Source of the DNA: Planctomycetota bacterium
Lineage (GTDB): Bacteria; Planctomycetota; UBA1135; UBA2386
Assembly (NCBI GenBank): GCA_965223545.1
Contig: OZ245006.1
Coordinates: 7,536,505-7,600,504 of the forward strand
DNA: 64,000 nucleotides
Reading direction: 5' to 3'
Below the pieces are notes generated by a model. It was not told where the DNA came from and made no database searches. It saw only the letters and a list, made by a program, of their open reading frames with translations. A program made the translations under genes and the position numbers. Positions 16,713-25,934 of the stretch are shown piece after piece. Every line of letters starts with the position of its first letter. Positions within the stretch are counted from its first letter, which is position 1.

Positions 16713-18292
16713 CTCGGTCTGACCACAGGCCCGATCCGGAGTTCGCGGCCCTGGCGGGCGCGGTGGACGCGATCTTGGGTGAGTCGTCGGCGGAGGCTCA
16801 TGCCGCGCGCCGCCAACTCGAGATCGACCCGGCGCAGGCGTTGGCGACGGCGGGCGTGCGCGATCTGTTCGAGCAGCTGCGCGGCTTGACCGTCGAGCCA
16901 TCCGGTCGGGTGCCGGTCGCGGTGCGCTACGCCGCGGCCCGTCGAGCGCGGCTGCGCGCGCGGCGGCCGGGCGCCGGCGCGGTCTTGCGCTCGATGACCG
17001 CGCGCACGTGGCTGGGCGTGCCGGCGGTGGCCGCCGTAGTGTTGGCAGCTCTGGTGCTGTGGCAGCGGCCCGGCGCTCTGGTCACGCCTTCGGTATCGGC
17101 GGTGGATGCGGCCGTTGTCGATGTCGCGGCGGAGGCCGACGAGGAGTCGGCGGGCTTTGCTACCGTCGGTCGACGCACGCTGGTCGGCGCGGCGCCGGTC
17201 GAGCCGGACGACGCCGCGGTGGAGGACGTTCTCGCCGTCGGCGGGCTGGGGCTGCGCGCGACCTACGAGGCCCTGGCCCGCCTCGAGCGCGATGCGCCCC
17301 ATCAGGACGTGCTGCGCGCCGACAACGACTTGGCGCTGCTGCGCTACGAGTTTCGCCAGCGGTTCACCGCGGCCCAGCGCCGGCGCTTGATGCGTGCCAA
17401 CGGTGGAGACCCGGGGCTCGAGGGTCGGGTCCAGGCGCTGGCGGCGGCGATCGCGGCGAGACTGGAGCGGGAGCCGTTGCACGCGGTCGGGCCGCGGGCG
17501 GCGGCGCTGGCGCTGCGCGCGCTGTTGGCGGCTGGCTCGAGTCCGAGCACCGGCCATCGCGGCGCCGTGGCGGCGCTGCGCGCCGATTTGGCCAGGCGGC
17601 TGCCGGAAGTGCGGGGTGCGGACCGGGTCGCCGTGTTGGCGGCGATGGTGGACGTCGCGGTGCTCACCGACGGCGTCGAGGTCGAGCTGGTGCGCCGGTA
17701 CGCGACGGCGTTGGCCAGGTCGGTGTCGCGCCCGGCGGAGGTGCGCGTCGCGGCGCACGGCCACGGCGTCGTCGTCGCCCAGCGCCGGCCCGAGCTGCTG
17801 CGCATCGAGACCCCGGCGGCGAGCCTTGCGGATGCCGGACATGTGCTCCGGCTGGCCCCCGCCTTCGGGGTCGACCCCGCGCTCGCGCGGCAGGCGCGTC
17901 GGTTGGTGGCCGCGCACCTGCAGGAGCGGTTGGCGGCGGCATCGGTCGAGCAGCCGGCGCTGCTCGCCGCGCAGCTGTACGGATTTGGTGACCTCGTCGA
18001 CCGCGGTGAAGTCGACCGCATGCTGAGCCTCTGGCGGCCGCGCCTGATGGCCAGCGCCGACGTCGTGGCCCTGTACCAGATGGCTTGGGGGCAGTATCCG
18101 CCGCGGCCGGGGTGGGCGCGCTTCCAGTGGGAGCTGCGCGAGGTCGGCGCGGCGAAGACACCGGAGTCGGTGTTGGACACCGCGGCCCTGCTGCTCAGCG
18201 TGGCGACCAACTTCGCGGCTCCGGGAGTGGCCGGCGTCCTGGAGTTGGATCGCGTGGCAGGGCAGCCCCCGGCCCGCCTCTCGTGGCTGTGA
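16709..18292 (+). CDS. Putative anti-sigma factor / single-pass membrane protein
   Basis: ATGA overlap with the ECF sigma gene. One TM helix (WLGVPAVAAVVLAALVLW) and an Ala-rich helical extracytoplasmic domain. No zf-HC2 motif was seen, so the function is inferred from position only. Confidence 0.5.
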   Translation: MTRSDHRPDPEFAALAGAVDAILGESSAEAHAARRQLEIDPAQALATAGVRDLFEQLRGLTVEPSGRVPVAVRYAAARRARLRARRPGAGAVLRSMTARTWLGVPAVAAVVLAALVLWQRPGALVTPSVSAVDAAVVDVAAEADEESAGFATVGRRTLVGAAPVEPDDAAVEDVLAVGGLGLRATYEALARLERDAPHQDVLRADNDLALLRYEFRQRFTAAQRRRLMRANGGDPGLEGRVQALAAAIAARLEREPLHAVGPRAAALALRALLAAGSSPSTGHRGAVAALRADLARRLPEVRGADRVAVLAAMVDVAVLTDGVEVELVRRYATALARSVSRPAEVRVAAHGHGVVVAQRRPELLRIETPAASLADAGHVLRLAPAFGVDPALARQARRLVAAHLQERLAAASVEQPALLAAQLYGFGDLVDRGEVDRMLSLWRPRLMASADVVALYQMAWGQYPPRPGWARFQWELREVGAAKTPESVLDTAALLLSVATNFAAPGVAGVLELDRVAGQPPARLSWL

Positions 18293-18380
18293 GCGCGATT
18301 CGCTGAGGCGAGACTCGCCGGGCGCCGCGCCGGGTTTCTTCGGTTCTGGTGTCGAGCAGGCGAGTGCGTATGGTCGGCGC

Positions 18381-20012
18381 ATGATTCGCGCCGGTGCGCT
18401 GTTCTCGTGCTCGGCGGCCGTGGCCGCGCTCGTTTCGATTGGCCCGCGCGTCCACGGCCAGGACCCGGCGGGTCGCGGTGGCGAGTCGGTCGTCGATCCG
18501 CTCGCCGAGGTGCCGATCCCGGCCGATCCCGGTGCCGGAGCCGAGTACCCGCTCACCCTGATGGATGCGCTGCGGTTGGCTCTGCGGCACAACACCACGA
18601 TCAAGGTCGAGGAGCTGTTGCCGCACCAGGCCTCGGAGGACGTGCGCGCCGCGCGCGCGATCTTCGAGCCCGAGTTCTTCAGCCACGTCTCGGTGTCGCG
18701 CAGCAAGGATCCGACCCGCAACGTGTTCCAGCCGGCGATCAGCCGTGAGACCTACGACGCCCGTTTCGGCGTGCGGCAGCTGGTGCCCTCGGGTGGTCTG
18801 TTCGACTTGGCGTTCTCGCCGACGCGGCTGACGCAGAACTCGTCGGTGCAGGGCTTCCCGGCGCGCCAATACACCACCGACTTCACCGCGACCTACACCC
18901 AGCCGCTGCTGCGCGGGGCGTGGGACGACTACACCATGCGCGACGTACACGTGCAGGAGTCGCGGCGCGCGGCGGCGGCGTTTCGCTACGACCGCGTGGT
19001 GCAGGACACGCTGCTGGCGGTCGTGCAGGCGTATTGGGACCTGGTGTTTGCCCGCGAGAATTACCGCGTGGCTTTCCAGGCCTTCGAGCTGGCGCGGCGT
19101 CAGCTGGATCGCACCGACCAGCGGATCCGCGTCGGCGATCTGGCGCCGCTGGATCGCGTCACCGACGAGGCCGAGGTGGCCCGCCGGCGCGAAGAGCTGG
19201 TCACCGCGGAGAACGAGATCCGCGACCGCGAGGACGATTTGCGGCGGCTGTTGTTCGACGACGCCGACGGCGAGCTGTGGCGCCGGCAGATCGAGCCGCT
19301 GACGCCGATCGGTGCGGTCGACGGGTCGGGGTTGCTCGATTGGCGCATCATCGCCGCCCGGGCGCGGCGCGAGCGCCCCGACTTGCGCGCTCTGCGCGCC
19401 GACGTGTCCGCCGCCGAGGTGCAGCTCGAGGCGGCGGAGCGCGACGTGCTGCCGCAGCTCGATCTCGTCGGCTCGTACACCACCAACAGCGTGCGCGAGG
19501 GATTCGACGACGCCTGGTCGGACACCACCGACTTTCAATTCCCCGACTGGAGTCTGCGCCTCGAGCTGTCGGTGCCGATCGGCAACAACGCCGCACGGGC
19601 GGCGCGTGACCGCGCGGGTCTCGAGGTCGAGCGCACGCGGCGGGCGCTGTACGCGGCGATGTTCGACGTCGATCTGGAGGTCCGCGACGCGGTGCGGCGC
19701 TTGGCCACCTTGGCGGAGAGCATCGAGCGGGGCCGCGAGAGCGTGCGCTTGGCGGAGACCAACCTCACCCGCGAGGTGGCGCGCAAGGACGCCGGCGAGA
19801 GCACGACGCTGGACGTGCAGCAGCGCAACCAAGAGCTGCAGGAGGCGCGTTCGCGGCTGCTGCGCAATCTGCTGGACTACCGCATCGCGGAGAGCACGCT
19901 CGAGCACGTGCAGGGAACCCTGGCCGGTGAGGCCGAGGACGAGACCACCGCCGAAGACGGGGCGGCAGGGTCGGAATCCACGGGCGGCGACACCGAGCCC
20001 GGACGGGAGTAG
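18381..20012 (+). CDS. TolC-family outer membrane efflux protein
   Basis: 543 aa with a signal peptide. LTLMDALRLALRHNTTIKVEE plus two repeated OEP-type halves. The C-terminus is acidic. Confidence 0.8.
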   Translation: MIRAGALFSCSAAVAALVSIGPRVHGQDPAGRGGESVVDPLAEVPIPADPGAGAEYPLTLMDALRLALRHNTTIKVEELLPHQASEDVRAARAIFEPEFFSHVSVSRSKDPTRNVFQPAISRETYDARFGVRQLVPSGGLFDLAFSPTRLTQNSSVQGFPARQYTTDFTATYTQPLLRGAWDDYTMRDVHVQESRRAAAAFRYDRVVQDTLLAVVQAYWDLVFARENYRVAFQAFELARRQLDRTDQRIRVGDLAPLDRVTDEAEVARRREELVTAENEIRDREDDLRRLLFDDADGELWRRQIEPLTPIGAVDGSGLLDWRIIAARARRERPDLRALRADVSAAEVQLEAAERDVLPQLDLVGSYTTNSVREGFDDAWSDTTDFQFPDWSLRLELSVPIGNNAARAARDRAGLEVERTRRALYAAMFDVDLEVRDAVRRLATLAESIERGRESVRLAETNLTREVARKDAGESTTLDVQQRNQELQEARSRLLRNLLDYRIAESTLEHVQGTLAGEAEDETTAEDGAAGSESTGGDTEPGRE

Positions 20013-20118
20013 GCTTAGCCATGCGGTTTTCGGTGACGCGCCGGGGTGCTCGGTCTAGGAGGCTGTCGACGACCTCTGGCGGCGATGCGCGCGGTGCCAG
20101 CCTCGACTCGGGATCCCG

Positions 20119-21798
20119 ATGATGCGGCGTTATCTCACCCTGTTGCCCTTGCTGTGGGCTTGTTCGGAGCAACCGCCAGCCGGGGGCGCGGCTGCGGCCG
20201 CCCCGGAGGGGCAGGCGGCTGTCGGCCCTGCCACCCACCCGTTCGGCTTCGAGGTTTGGCGAGCGGACTTTCCGTTCGAGCCGCACCTGTCGCCCGCCGA
20301 GGATCGCTGGTACGGACACTCGCGGCGCCAAGCGCTGGAGCGGATCGTCGACAAGCTGCAGGGCAACTGCACGCGCGACGGTTGGCTGATGGCGATGGCG
20401 TTCTTCGAGCGCGCCGGCGAGGAAGCGGTGCCGGTGCTGGCCGAGGCCCTCGACCGCGCCCTGCAGACCAGCTCGATGGCGGACAAGGTGGAGAACATCG
20501 CCGAGGCGCTCGGCCGGATGGGGCACCTGGACTCCGATGACGTCGCCGAGGCGGTCTTCCGCGCGGCCCAGCACCGCAAGGAGTCGGTGCAGAAGAAGGC
20601 GATGATCGCCATGGTTCCGGCGGGCAACGCCGAAGTCGTGCGCCGCATGCTGCCAGCGCTCGGAGCGCTGCAGACGCGCAGCCAGGTCGCCCTGCTGCAG
20701 GCCGCGCGCGCCCACTTGCCCGAGGCCGAGGTCCGCGCGTTGTTCCGCGGTCTCCTGGTGCGGGAGTCACCGCACTTCAGCATGGCGGTCGACGAGACCT
20801 TGAAGATGCCGCCGCCGCAGGCGATGGACCTACTCGAGCCGCTGTGGGCGATGGCGCGCGGCGAGCTGCAGTGGTCGATTGCCGGCGTGATGCACGCCGT
20901 CGGCGACGCTCGTGGTACGCACTACCTGCGTTCGCAGCTGCGCAGCGACCTCAAGAACGCGCAGATCGCCGCCATCGGCGCCCTGAGCAAGTACGGGCTG
21001 GAGCCCCTGTTCGACGATGTCCTCAAGCTGAGCATCTCGCCGGATCCGCAGGTGCGGCAGGCGGTGATGGTCGCGGTCAGCGGAATCGACGAGGAGAACG
21101 TCAGCAACCTGCTCAGCACGTTCGCGGTCGATCCGGTGATCGACGTGCGGCAGATGGCGTTGCACGCGCTGGTGCAGCGCGGTGAGCGGACGTTCGTCGA
21201 GCAGCTGATCGACACGATGCGCACCGCGACCGGCACCAACCTGATGAGCACGATGGCCGATCTCGCCGCCTCGGGTGACGAGGAGGGGCTGATCGCGATC
21301 GTCTCGCGCATGGAGAACGCCGCCCCGGAGGAGCGCCGGCCGTACATCAAGGCCATCGCCCGGTCCACGGCGCCGTCCGCGTTCGATGCTTTGCGCTCCG
21401 TCTTCATGGAGCCCGAAGCGCCGATCGCCGGCGGGACCACGAACGTCGCCTACGCCGCCACGGTGATGCCGAACCAGCGCGCCGCGGGGGATCGGATGCT
21501 CGAGCTGTTCGACGCGCTGCCTGCCGAGGACTACCGGCGCCGCGCCTTCGCCCTGCACGCCATCGCCAACCTGGCGGCGGTCTCGGCGAAGGACCCGGAG
21601 TTCGCCGCGGAGGTCTATCGCCGCTGTCGCGCGCTGCTCGCCGACCGCGAGGCGATTCCCCAGCTCCGGCTCCTGGCCCTCGAATACCTGCGGCGCGACC
21701 TCACCCTCGACGACATGGTCGCCATCAAGCAGCAGCAGGAAACCGAGGACCCACCGATGCGCAAAGCGCTGTCGAGCTTCCTCTTCGAGTTCTTCTGA
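20119..21798 (+). CDS. HEAT-repeat lipoprotein
   Basis: 559 aa with lipobox LLWAC and repeated HEAT-like units (e.g. DPQVRQAVMVAVSGI, DVRQMALHALVQRG). Confidence 0.7.
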   Translation: MMRRYLTLLPLLWACSEQPPAGGAAAAAPEGQAAVGPATHPFGFEVWRADFPFEPHLSPAEDRWYGHSRRQALERIVDKLQGNCTRDGWLMAMAFFERAGEEAVPVLAEALDRALQTSSMADKVENIAEALGRMGHLDSDDVAEAVFRAAQHRKESVQKKAMIAMVPAGNAEVVRRMLPALGALQTRSQVALLQAARAHLPEAEVRALFRGLLVRESPHFSMAVDETLKMPPPQAMDLLEPLWAMARGELQWSIAGVMHAVGDARGTHYLRSQLRSDLKNAQIAAIGALSKYGLEPLFDDVLKLSISPDPQVRQAVMVAVSGIDEENVSNLLSTFAVDPVIDVRQMALHALVQRGERTFVEQLIDTMRTATGTNLMSTMADLAASGDEEGLIAIVSRMENAAPEERRPYIKAIARSTAPSAFDALRSVFMEPEAPIAGGTTNVAYAATVMPNQRAAGDRMLELFDALPAEDYRRRAFALHAIANLAAVSAKDPEFAAEVYRRCRALLADREAIPQLRLLALEYLRRDLTLDDMVAIKQQQETEDPPMRKALSSFLFEFF

Positions 21799-21830
21799 CC
21801 GTGCGCCGCACCCGCGAACGAACGAACTCG

Positions 21831-21866
21831 TGAAGGTACGGAGCCTGACCTGGCTCCGTACCCTCA
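21831..21866. repeat. Intact copy of the palindromic REP-like repeat (unoccupied IS110 target-type site)
   Basis: TGAAGGTACGGAGCC TGACCT GGCTCCGTACCCTCA. It lies between convergent genes, and its terminal TCA is the stop codon (TGA) of minus-strand CDS 21864..22442. Confidence 0.85.
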
Positions 21867-22442
21867 CGAGTTCGGCAGCGCGAGCCAACGTTCGTCGTCC
21901 GTGCCGCGGTACCACTGGCCGGGCGCGGGTTTGTGGTCGAGCGGGTGGCCGCAGCCGGCGGCGGGGACCGGATCGAGGCCGGCGTAGCCCGCCTGTAGGT
22001 TGCGCGAGAACGCGGGTAGGCCTCGGCTGGGGAAGAAGAACACGCTGCGCCCGGCGTCGAGATAGGAGCGTGGCCAGGCGTACACCTCGAAGGCTGGGGG
22101 TTCGTCGGGCGCGGCTTCGTCTTCAGGCGATGGTAGCAGCGCGATCCGGTAGTGCTTGGCGCCGAACACCAGGCGCTGGCCCGCGATCGACGCCTCCTCG
22201 TCGACCTCGAGGTCGTGGCCCTCGGTGCGCTCCAGCAGGGATGCGGCCAGATCCGGCGTCGCCAAGTCGAACGGTGCCAGCTCGGTCGCGGCGCCGCACA
22301 CGGCGCGCGCCGCCGCTTCCGCGCGGCGCTCGATGCGCGCTACCCGCGCGGCGGTGGCGTACGGAACCCAGAGGGTGACGCCCAGCACGACGCAACCCAG
22401 GAGCAGGAGCGTATTGCCGAGATTCAGGGTCCGGAGACGCAC
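21864..22442 (-). CDS. Hypothetical membrane-anchored protein
   Basis: The track ORF (to 22757) is trimmed to GTG 22442, just before the TM helix (LRTLNLGNTLLLLGCVVLGVTLW). The upstream in-frame part is Ala/Ser/Arg junk overlapping cca. No family recognised. Confidence 0.5.
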   Translation of the reverse strand: MRLRTLNLGNTLLLLGCVVLGVTLWVPYATAARVARIERRAEAAARAVCGAATELAPFDLATPDLAASLLERTEGHDLEVDEEASIAGQRLVFGAKHYRIALLPSPEDEAAPDEPPAFEVYAWPRSYLDAGRSVFFFPSRGLPAFSRNLQAGYAGLDPVPAAGCGHPLDHKPAPGQWYRGTDDERWLALPNS

Positions 22443-22539
22443 GCGCGGGATCTTGCGGCATGGCGCGCGCGTGTGCAATCGCAGGGTCGTTGGCAGGTGG
22501 CCGCTTGCGCCGTGGGGGCCGGCGGTGGACGGTGGGCTC

Positions 22540-23979
22540 ATGAGCCCCGTGCTCGATGTCCCCGCGGCGCTGCGGCAGCTCGCTGCCACGCTGCAGCAGA
22601 GCGGCGGGCGGGTCTGGCTGGTCGGCGGAGCCGTGCGCGATGCGCTCCTCGCGGAGGCCGCAACGCCAGACGCGGATCGGGCGGAGGCGGGCGTCGAGCG
22701 CGACTGGGATCTCGCCACCGACCTGCCGCCGGACGCCGTCGCCGCCGCCATCGGCACCGCGCCACAGCGCGCGCACGCGTTCGGCGCGGTGGCATTCGAG
22801 CGGGACGGTGTCGCCGGCGTCGTGCAGACACTGCGGCGCGAGTCCGGCTACCGAGACCGGCGCCGGCCGGACGTCGTGGAGTTCACTGCCGATCTCGCTG
22901 CCGACGCCGCGCGCCGCGACTTCACGGCCAACGCGCTCTACCTGGATCTGAGCGACGGCCGCTTGATCGATCCGCTCGGCGGTCGCGAGGATCTGCGGCG
23001 CGGCGTGCTGCGGGCGATCGGGGACCCCAGCGTGAGGTTGCGCGAGGACCCGCTGCGCATGCTCCGCGCCGTGCGGTTCTGCGCGGCGGGCGGCCTGCGG
23101 CTGGAGGCGGCCACCGACGCCGCCCTGCGCGCGCACAGCGATGCGGTCCGTGACCTCTCCGCCGACCGGGTGCGCGACGAGCTGACGCGCGCCTTCACCG
23201 GCCGTGGCCGCGGCCGCGCGCTGCGCATGGCGATCGACCTGGGCGTGACAACGCCTTGGCTCCCCGAGCTCGCGCCCATGGACGGGGTTCCTCAACCACC
23301 ACAGTACCACCCGGAAGGCGACGTCCTGACGCACGTGTGCTTGGTCTTGGACCACGTGCCGGCGGACGATCCGGTGTTGTCGTGGGCGGCCGTGCTGCAC
23401 GACGTCGGCAAGCCGCCGACCTTCGAGCGGGCGGCGGACCGCATCCGCTTCACCGGCCACGACGTGCTGTCGGCGCAGATGGCCGAACGCATGCTGCGCC
23501 GGCTGCGTGCTCCGCGGCGCTGGATCGAAGCGGTGGTCGAGATCTGCCGTGACCACATCAGGATCGCGTCGCTGCCGCAGATGGGCAAGACCAAGCGCGA
23601 GCGTTGGCTGCGGACCGAGCTGTTCCCGGCGCACCTGGCGTTTCATCGCGCCGATTGTCTGGGCAGCCATGGCGATCTGCACATCTACGAATTCGCTCGG
23701 CGGGCGTTGGCGGAACTGCCGCCGGAGCCGCCGCCACCGCTGGTGTCCGGTGCCGATGTGCTCGCCCTCGGCGTCGGCGAGGGGCCCATGGTGGGGCAGC
23801 TACTGCGGGCCGCGCAGGCCGAGATCGAGCAGCGTGCCGGTGTCGATCGGAGACAGGCTTTGTCCATTCTCGAGACAGTGGTGAAGAGTGCGGTCAAGGA
23901 GCCCGCAGGCGGGGCCGATACGGAGGGCACTGGCCAAGCACGGACCGATGCCGATGACGAACAGCGACCTCAGTCATGA
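22540..23979 (+). CDS. cca: CCA-adding tRNA nucleotidyltransferase / poly(A) polymerase family protein with HD domain
   Basis: The start is MSPVLDVP. Motifs are VWLVGGAVRDALL, DWDLAT, RRDFTANALY, LREDPLRMLRAVRF and HDVGK..GHD. Confidence 0.8.
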   Translation: MSPVLDVPAALRQLAATLQQSGGRVWLVGGAVRDALLAEAATPDADRAEAGVERDWDLATDLPPDAVAAAIGTAPQRAHAFGAVAFERDGVAGVVQTLRRESGYRDRRRPDVVEFTADLAADAARRDFTANALYLDLSDGRLIDPLGGREDLRRGVLRAIGDPSVRLREDPLRMLRAVRFCAAGGLRLEAATDAALRAHSDAVRDLSADRVRDELTRAFTGRGRGRALRMAIDLGVTTPWLPELAPMDGVPQPPQYHPEGDVLTHVCLVLDHVPADDPVLSWAAVLHDVGKPPTFERAADRIRFTGHDVLSAQMAERMLRRLRAPRRWIEAVVEICRDHIRIASLPQMGKTKRERWLRTELFPAHLAFHRADCLGSHGDLHIYEFARRALAELPPEPPPPLVSGADVLALGVGEGPMVGQLLRAAQAEIEQRAGVDRRQALSILETVVKSAVKEPAGGADTEGTGQARTDADDEQRPQS

Positions 23980-25039
23980 CTTCGAGAGCTACCGGCGCGA
24001 CCGCAACAAGCGGCGCCTGCGCGAAGACGGTCTGCGCGACCTCGGCGCGAAGGGCGAGGTGATCCGCCAGCTCGAGGCGGTAGAGGAAGAGGCCACTCGC
24101 AACGCCCAGCTCGCGCGCGAAGCGACCGAGTTCTTCGCGGACGCCACCCGAACGGCGGCGGGGGTCGTGCAACAGATCAACGACGATCGCGAGGTCGAAT
24201 CGCGGGAGCGGATCGGCGGCGACGTCGAGGAGTTCTTGGGCGAGGTGCGCCGCACGGCCGAATCGTGTGTCCGTTCGTTGGCGGAGGGACGCTCGAGCGG
24301 CGGCGCCGCCCGCGCCAAGGCGGCGACGGCCCCCGTCGTGGAGGACGAGCCAGAAGCCGAGGCGCCGCCGCCGCCGAGCCAACTGCCCGAGCGGCCGCGC
24401 AACGGCACCGGTGGCCGGCGGCCGACCTCGGTGATGCCGGTGTTCCGCGATGGCGAGTCGAATCCGCTGCAGGATCTCGCCGCTGCCGCGGCGGAGCCGA
24501 TGCCCGCCGCGTCGGCTGGCGAAGCGACGGCGGAGATCGCCGATGCCTTCACCGAGGCCGAGATCGCGGCGGATACGGACACGGCGGCTGCCGGTGGTGC
24601 CGCCGCTGACGGCGAGACCGGGGAGGCCGGCAGTGTGTCTTGGCCGATGAGCTTCGGCGAGGTGGATCTGGCCGGCGCCGGCGCTGGCGCCGTGGCCGAG
24701 GACGAGCCGGAGGCTGCGCCCGATGTCGCGACGACCGACGCCGCAGATTCCCCCACCGACTGGGCCGCGGGGCTGGCCGCGGCGCCCAGCGGAGCGTCGA
24801 CCTCGCTGGACGACTACCTGCTGCCGGCGTTCGAGTCCGAGGAAAGCGAGCCCGAGCCGACCCCGGCGCCGGATTCCGGCGACGATGCCGCGCTGGCCGA
24901 GGATGCGGGCATCGGCGTGCAGGTGCTGCGCTCGTTGCTCACCGATCCGGAGCGCTTGCGGGCGGCTCTGCGCGCGCTGCTGCAGGCCGACGTGCTGACG
25001 CCGGAGGAAGCGCGCGACGTGGCCCGTGCATTGATCTGA
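23948..25039 (+). CDS. Hypothetical acidic, largely low-complexity protein
   Basis: Helical N-terminal part of about 120 aa, then a long Ala/Glu/Asp/Pro-rich region and a short helical C-terminus. G/C-rich third positions. Start uncertain (ATG 23948 or 23954; ORF open from 23888). Confidence 0.5.
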   Translation: MPMTNSDLSHDFESYRRDRNKRRLREDGLRDLGAKGEVIRQLEAVEEEATRNAQLAREATEFFADATRTAAGVVQQINDDREVESRERIGGDVEEFLGEVRRTAESCVRSLAEGRSSGGAARAKAATAPVVEDEPEAEAPPPPSQLPERPRNGTGGRRPTSVMPVFRDGESNPLQDLAAAAAEPMPAASAGEATAEIADAFTEAEIAADTDTAAAGGAAADGETGEAGSVSWPMSFGEVDLAGAGAGAVAEDEPEAAPDVATTDAADSPTDWAAGLAAAPSGASTSLDDYLLPAFESEESEPEPTPAPDSGDDAALAEDAGIGVQVLRSLLTDPERLRAALRALLQADVLTPEEARDVARALI

Positions 25040-25062
25040 GAGATCGCGGCCGAGGCCTAGTC

Positions 25063-25908
25063 CTAGGTCAGCGCGATCCGCCGCGCGATCCAGCGCGCCG
25101 GCAAGATCGCCGCCAGCACGGCGAAGCTCTCGACGAAGCGGTGCGCGCTCATGCAGAGCAAGCCGGTGTACACCATCGTGCCGAGCAGCAGCCAGGTCAT
25201 CGAAGCGCGCAGGCTCCCGCGGTCCCACTGCGGCACGCGGGTCACGCGCAGCACGAACAGCAGCGCCAGGACCCCGCCGATCGCCGCCGCCGGCCACGGG
25301 TGGGGCATGCCGAGCAGGGCCAGCGCGGCGGCGATCGGCGGTACCAGCTGCACCGACTCGGCGGTTCGGTGCCGCACCTGCCGCTCGTCCTCGAGGATGC
25401 CGACCACGGTGACCGCGACGATGTAGCAGGCGTAGACCGCGGCCGCGATCCAGACCTCGCGCGGCGGCGAGGCCAGCGTCAGCACGATCGGTCCGGCGGC
25501 CAGGTTGAGTCCGCGCAGAAGCCCCATGTTGAGCGCCCCGGCCCAGTGGTTGTGTTTGACGGCGTAGTTGTAGGCCAGCACGAGAGCCGCGAGCGTGGCG
25601 TGGAACGGCGACCACGGCGACAGCGCGATGCCGGCCGCCAACAGGACGACGCCGAGTCCGAGGGCCGCGCCGGCGGTGATCTCACCGGCCGGAATGGGGC
25701 GCTCGGGTCGGTGCACTGCGTCGCGCTTCCGGTCGGCGTGATCGTTGAGCACCATGCCGGCGGCGTAGACGCAGACACTGGCGGCCGCCGCGCGTGCTCC
25801 ACCGGCGCCGATGGGCAGGCCGGCGAGGCAGAGGCCAGCGACTACGTCGGCCGCCGGCGAAAACAAGGTGCCCGCGCGCAGCAGGCGGAGGTAGGCCAGA
25901 GCGGACAT
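25063..25908 (-). CDS. UbiA-family prenyltransferase
   Basis: 281 aa and polytopic, with the NDHADRKRD (NDxxDxxxD) motif. Confidence 0.8.
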   Translation of the reverse strand: MSALAYLRLLRAGTLFSPAADVVAGLCLAGLPIGAGGARAAAASVCVYAAGMVLNDHADRKRDAVHRPERPIPAGEITAGAALGLGVVLLAAGIALSPWSPFHATLAALVLAYNYAVKHNHWAGALNMGLLRGLNLAAGPIVLTLASPPREVWIAAAVYACYIVAVTVVGILEDERQVRHRTAESVQLVPPIAAALALLGMPHPWPAAAIGGVLALLFVLRVTRVPQWDRGSLRASMTWLLLGTMVYTGLLCMSAHRFVESFAVLAAILPARWIARRIALT

Positions 25909-25934
25909 CGGGGCGTCGGGCGCGAGCGGCCTCT

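Noticed and set aside
25057-25066. The decamer CTAGTCCTAG occurs twice (also at 33084-33093), despite CTAG being rare in GC-rich DNA
   Set aside because: A single shared 10-mer in 64 kb is expected by chance, and the flanking sequence is unrelated.
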